Of a stretch of DNA of 44,121 nt, positions 40,285 through 44,121 are shown piece by piece (the stretch's first letter is position 1; every line of letters starts with the position of its first letter). Below the pieces are notes generated by a model, which saw only the letters and a program-made list of their open reading frames with translations, was not told where the DNA came from and ran no database searches. Position numbers and translations under genes: made by a program. Source of the stretch: an uncultured bacterium (GTDB taxonomy: Bacteria; Schekmanbacteria; GWA2-38-11; J061); contig CAZJVM010000017.1 in the NCBI GenBank assembly GCA_964549305.1, positions 1 to 44,121 of the forward strand, written 5' to 3'.

Positions 40285-42804
40285 ATGGCAGACTATAACC
40301 ACAAAGTAATAGAATCAAAGTGGCAAAAAATCTGGGAAGATAATCATTCCTTCAAGTGTGACCTTTCCTCAGACAAAGATAAATACTATGTTCTTGAAAT
40401 GTTCCCCTATCCTTCGGGAAAAATCCATATGGGGCATGTAAGGAACTACGCAATCGGCGATGTGATAGCACGCTCCAAAATGCGGAAGGGTTTCAATGTT
40501 ATTCATCCAATGGGATGGGATGCCTTCGGAATGCCTGCGGAAAATGCCGCCATAAAAAACAAGACCCAGCCTGCAAAGTGGACAATAGACAACATAAATT
40601 TTATGCGCAAACAGCTCAAGAGTCTCGGGTTGAGTTATGACTGGTCCCGTGAAATCGCAACCTGCCATCCCGGTTATTACAGGTGGTGCCAATGGTTTTT
40701 CCTGAAATTCTACGAAAAAGGGCTCGCATACAAAAAAGAATCATTCGTCAACTGGTGCAATTCCTGCAACACGGTCCTTGCCAACGAGCAGGTGGAAGGC
40801 GGTAAGTGCTGGAGATGCGAAAATGACGTAATACAGAAGAAGATGATGCAGTGGTTTTTTAATATCACCGACTATGCCGAAGAATTGCTCACAGACCTCG
40901 ACAAATTGCAGGGATGGCCTGAAAGAGTGGTCACAATGCAGAGAAACTGGATTGGAAAAAGTTTCGGAACGGAAATAGACTTCCCTCTTAAAACCCCCCT
41001 CACCGACAGCAAGGGAGAAGTGATATCATCAATCAAAGTATTCACCACGAGGCAGGACACACTTTTCGGAGCGACATTTATGTCCATAGCTCCCGAACAT
41101 CCTCTTCTTTCCGCGCTCATTGAGGGGAATCCCGAAGCGGACAATGTGAGAAAATTTGCCGAATCGATTATTGCGGAAAAGAAGAGTTCCAGAAATCTCG
41201 AACTTCGTGACAAAGAAGGAATATTCACGGGACAATACTGCATAAATCCTCTGACTGGATGGGATATGCCGATTTATGTAGCTAATTTTGTGCTTATGGA
41301 ATACGGCACCGGAGCAATAATGGCGGTCCCCGCGCATGATCAGAGAGATTTTGAATTTGCCAAAAAATATCATATTCCCGTAAAGGTTGTAATTTCACCT
41401 GACGGAAAGGAAATCGATCCTGACAATCTCACCGAAGCATATACGGAAGAAGGACAACTGATAAACTCGGGGAACTTTTCGGGAATTAAAAGCAAAGACG
41501 CTCTTGAAAGCATTGCCGAACATCTCGAAAAAAACAATATAGGCAAAAAAACAATAAACTATAAACTGCGAGACTGGGGAATTTCCCGTCAGCGCTACTG
41601 GGGCGCGCCAATACCTATAATCTACTGCGACAACTGCGGAACAGTACCGGTAAAGGAAAGCGAACTTCCCGTTGTGCTTCCTCTCGATCTCGAACTTAAA
41701 TTTGTAGGTGATTCTCCCCTTAAGGATTTTGAAGATTTCCTCAACGTAAAATGTCCGAAATGCGGCAAAGATGCAAAAAGGGAAACGGATACGATGGATA
41801 CCTTTGTCGATTCGTCATGGTATTTCGCGAGATTCTGCTCTCCGCGGGATGAAAACCTTCCCGTATCAAAAAAAGATATGGATTACTGGATGCCCGTTGA
41901 CCAGTACATCGGAGGAATAGAACACGCGATTCTTCATCTGCTTTATGCAAGATTTTTTACAAAGGTAATGAGAGACCTTGGGCTTATAGACGTATCGGAA
42001 CCATTTTCAAGCCTTCTCACTCAGGGCATGGTCATCAAAGACGGAGCAAAGATGTCCAAATCAAAGGGCAACGTCGTTGACCCCGATAAACTTCTTGAAA
42101 AATACGGGACTGACACAGTGCGGACTTTCTGCCTTTTTGCCGCGCCTCCCGAAAAAGACCTTGATTGGAGCGATGAGGGAATAGAGGGGGCAAACAGGTT
42201 TATCTCGAGACTGTGGAAACTCGTTGAAAGAAACAGGGCATTGGGAAATACAACCCCATATAATTCATTTGCGAACAAATCGAATTTCTCGAAGAAAGCG
42301 GAAAGACTCCTGCGCGTTGCACACAAAACCATAAAAAAAGTTTCCGGAGATATTCTTGACCGCTTTCACTTCAATACGGCAATCGCATCGGTAATGGAGG
42401 CAATAAACGAAATAAACGCCGTAACAAACAAAGAACTCAATGAAGATGATTCCCTGAAAGAGGCATTCGGTTTTGCCGTGCTTACGGTGGTAAACCTTTT
42501 CTGGCCAATCGCCCCTCACGTATGCGAAGAATTGTGGGAGATTTCAGGTCAAAAAGAAACTCTTCTGAATACTCCCTGGCCCGAATATGATTCCGCCCTT
42601 CTTGAAGAAGAAGAAATTACGCTCGTAATCCAGATTAACGGGAAAGTGAGAAACAAAATTAGTGTCTCTGCTAACGCAGATGAAGAAAGTATAAAGGCAT
42701 CTGCCCTTGAAAATGATAAAGTAAAGGAGTATGTGAAAGGAAAAAAGATTATTAAAACCATTGTAGTGCCAAAAAGACTCATCAACATCGTAACAGGTAA
42801 ATAA
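40285..42804 (+). CDS. leuS: Leucine--tRNA ligase
   Basis: MFPYPSG.IHMGH, FTTR.DT editing domain, GTGAIMAVPAHD.RD, KMSKS, QINGKVR. Confidence 0.99.
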   Translation: MADYNHKVIESKWQKIWEDNHSFKCDLSSDKDKYYVLEMFPYPSGKIHMGHVRNYAIGDVIARSKMRKGFNVIHPMGWDAFGMPAENAAIKNKTQPAKWTIDNINFMRKQLKSLGLSYDWSREIATCHPGYYRWCQWFFLKFYEKGLAYKKESFVNWCNSCNTVLANEQVEGGKCWRCENDVIQKKMMQWFFNITDYAEELLTDLDKLQGWPERVVTMQRNWIGKSFGTEIDFPLKTPLTDSKGEVISSIKVFTTRQDTLFGATFMSIAPEHPLLSALIEGNPEADNVRKFAESIIAEKKSSRNLELRDKEGIFTGQYCINPLTGWDMPIYVANFVLMEYGTGAIMAVPAHDQRDFEFAKKYHIPVKVVISPDGKEIDPDNLTEAYTEEGQLINSGNFSGIKSKDALESIAEHLEKNNIGKKTINYKLRDWGISRQRYWGAPIPIIYCDNCGTVPVKESELPVVLPLDLELKFVGDSPLKDFEDFLNVKCPKCGKDAKRETDTMDTFVDSSWYFARFCSPRDENLPVSKKDMDYWMPVDQYIGGIEHAILHLLYARFFTKVMRDLGLIDVSEPFSSLLTQGMVIKDGAKMSKSKGNVVDPDKLLEKYGTDTVRTFCLFAAPPEKDLDWSDEGIEGANRFISRLWKLVERNRALGNTTPYNSFANKSNFSKKAERLLRVAHKTIKKVSGDILDRFHFNTAIASVMEAINEINAVTNKELNEDDSLKEAFGFAVLTVVNLFWPIAPHVCEELWEISGQKETLLNTPWPEYDSALLEEEEITLVIQINGKVRNKISVSANADEESIKASALENDKVKEYVKGKKIIKTIVVPKRLINIVTGK

Positions 42805-42805
42805 A

Positions 42806-43345
42806 ATGTCATTCGAAATAGTTTATACGGGTTATCTGAAAAAGCTCTTGTTTTTCACCGCGCTATTGCCCCTGCTGTGCGGATGCTATCATATTTCGAC
42901 AGGAGGAAGTTCCTCTATAAGCAAAAATATAGGAACCGTATCCGTTCCGCTATTCACAAATAAAACGGAAAAAATGGGAATCGAAGTCCCCATTACCGAA
43001 TCATTTATTCAAAGGCTTGATTACTACGGCGCGAAAAATGTCAAAGACATTAAAAATTCACGAAGCATAATCGAAGGTATTGTAACTAATTATAAAATAA
43101 GCACAGTTGCAAAAGACCAGAGACACAAGGTGGTTGAATACAGTCTTTCCATTACAATAGACCTCAATGTGCGGGATACAAAGGGAAATGAAGTAATATT
43201 CAAAAAAGAAGATTATTCCGACAATTATGAATTCAAAGTTTCCAGAGACTCCGTTAACCGCAGAAGGGAAACGGAAAAAGCGGAAAAAATGCTCTGCGAC
43301 CGCATGGCATCCTCCATCTTAACGGAAATCTACGAGGGAATTTAA
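42806..43345 (+). CDS. lptE: LptE-family lipoprotein
   Basis: Lipobox LLCGC followed by YH; V.VP.F.N.T; position directly after leuS is the usual lptE locus. Confidence 0.75.
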   Translation: MSFEIVYTGYLKKLLFFTALLPLLCGCYHISTGGSSSISKNIGTVSVPLFTNKTEKMGIEVPITESFIQRLDYYGAKNVKDIKNSRSIIEGIVTNYKISTVAKDQRHKVVEYSLSITIDLNVRDTKGNEVIFKKEDYSDNYEFKVSRDSVNRRRETEKAEKMLCDRMASSILTEIYEGI

Positions 43346-43355
43346 ATATACCTGC

Positions 43356-43628
43356 TCAGCTTTGAGCGTTAAGAGATGATACCTTCTTGGAAATTCTGGA
43401 AATCTTTCTTGAAGCGGTATTGCGATGAAGAATTCCTTTGGTAACAGCTTTATCCAAAACAGGTACTGCATTCTTCAATGCCTTTTCCGCGGTTTCCTTA
43501 TCACCGGCATTACATGAATCGATAACTTTACGGACTTCCGTCTTAACCTTGCTCTTGAAAGCCTTGTTTCTCATCCTGTTTTTTTCGTGCTGGCGAATTC
43601 TCTTTGCTGTTGATTTATCCTTTGGCAA
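43356..43628 (-). CDS. rpsT: 30S ribosomal protein S20
   Basis: KS..KRIRQ.EK.R.RN...KS..KT, LDKA..KGILH.N.A.RK.SR; TTG start at 43628, 8 nt after AAGGAG. Confidence 0.96.
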   Translation of the reverse strand: MPKDKSTAKRIRQHEKNRMRNKAFKSKVKTEVRKVIDSCNAGDKETAEKALKNAVPVLDKAVTKGILHRNTASRKISRISKKVSSLNAQS

Positions 43629-43749
43629 AATCAAATCTCCTTAATATAGTGGCAATTCTTTTTGAAAGATGTGTTTTTAGCATAAAAAAAAAGTTTGTCA
43701 AGCGGCAAATGGAAGCAAGAAAAAAGCAATCGGCTCTTTCAGATTTGCC

Positions 43750-44121
43750 TTATTTAATTATTTTTAACTTTTTTCCTGATACCTTGACATTGTTATTTTC
43801 ATCAGCTTCATCAATCGAGGACGCGCTGTCACAATATGCCTTTACATAGTAATTGCCTCTGGAAGTCTTTTTTGGAACCTTCCATTTGAATTTTATCTTA
43901 CGACTCTTTCCGTCACTCATTTTTTTAACTTTTTTTGTCCCCAATAAAATATCGTTATCAAGGGAATTTGCCGTTTTTTTATTATTCGAGGAAAGATAAA
44001 AGGAAATCTTTGAAGAAGGTGCCGAATCGGTACCAGAATTCTTCACAACTGCCTTAAAAAACACTTTTTTTCGTATCTTGGTTTTTCTGGGATTTTTAAT
44101 AGTCTTTACAATTAAATCAGG
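43750..44121 (-). CDS. C-terminal CARDB domain of a larger protein (5' end outside the window)
   Basis: The frame is open to the window edge: PDLIV...VKNSG...FYLS...GNYY....D....IDE.DE.NN, the CARDB pattern. Confidence 0.85.
   Translation of the reverse strand, partial: PDLIVKTIKNPRKTKIRKKVFFKAVVKNSGTDSAPSSKISFYLSSNNKKTANSLDNDILLGTKKVKKMSDGKSRKIKFKWKVPKKTSRGNYYVKAYCDSASSIDEADENNNVKVSGKKLKIIK

Noticed and set aside
255..43849. Numerous 60-190 aa ORFs antisense to or nested within larger genes (e.g. 9222-9791, 29620-30081, 12168-12557)
   Set aside because: Shadow ORFs of well-supported genes, with no motifs or RBS support.

Overview
AT-rich bacterial chromosomal segment, probably from a diderm organism (LptE, PEP-CTERM gene with a sigma-54 promoter); the lineage cannot be fixed from sequence alone. 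The first ~6.4 kb is an accessory, decaying cell-surface region. It holds the 5' end of a REP-associated (HUH/Y1) transposase not shown in the ORF track, a vapBC toxin-antitoxin pair, REP-like hairpins with a second transposase remnant, and an intact PEP-CTERM gene with a complete sigma-54/IHF/twin-enhancer promoter. It also holds a GT-C glycosyltransferase, two unannotated pseudogene fragments and a membrane-anchored sulfatase-fold enzyme with a Thr at the nucleophile position. Next come typA, an MFS / tandem TIGR04076-like / NMO(FabX-like) cluster and addBA. A long housekeeping run on the minus strand follows (tig-clpP-clpX-lon-engB, carD-PIN/TRAM-ispD-ispF, uvrA-PAP2). The end of the window holds ispB-DUF4911-tldD, radC, an acyl-CoA dehydrogenase divergent from a split ADP-forming acyl-CoA synthetase, leuS-lptE with no holA, rpsT, and the 3' end of a CARDB protein. 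I recognised no rRNA, tRNA or CRISPR array. All family assignments come from motif recognition by eye, not from database searches.
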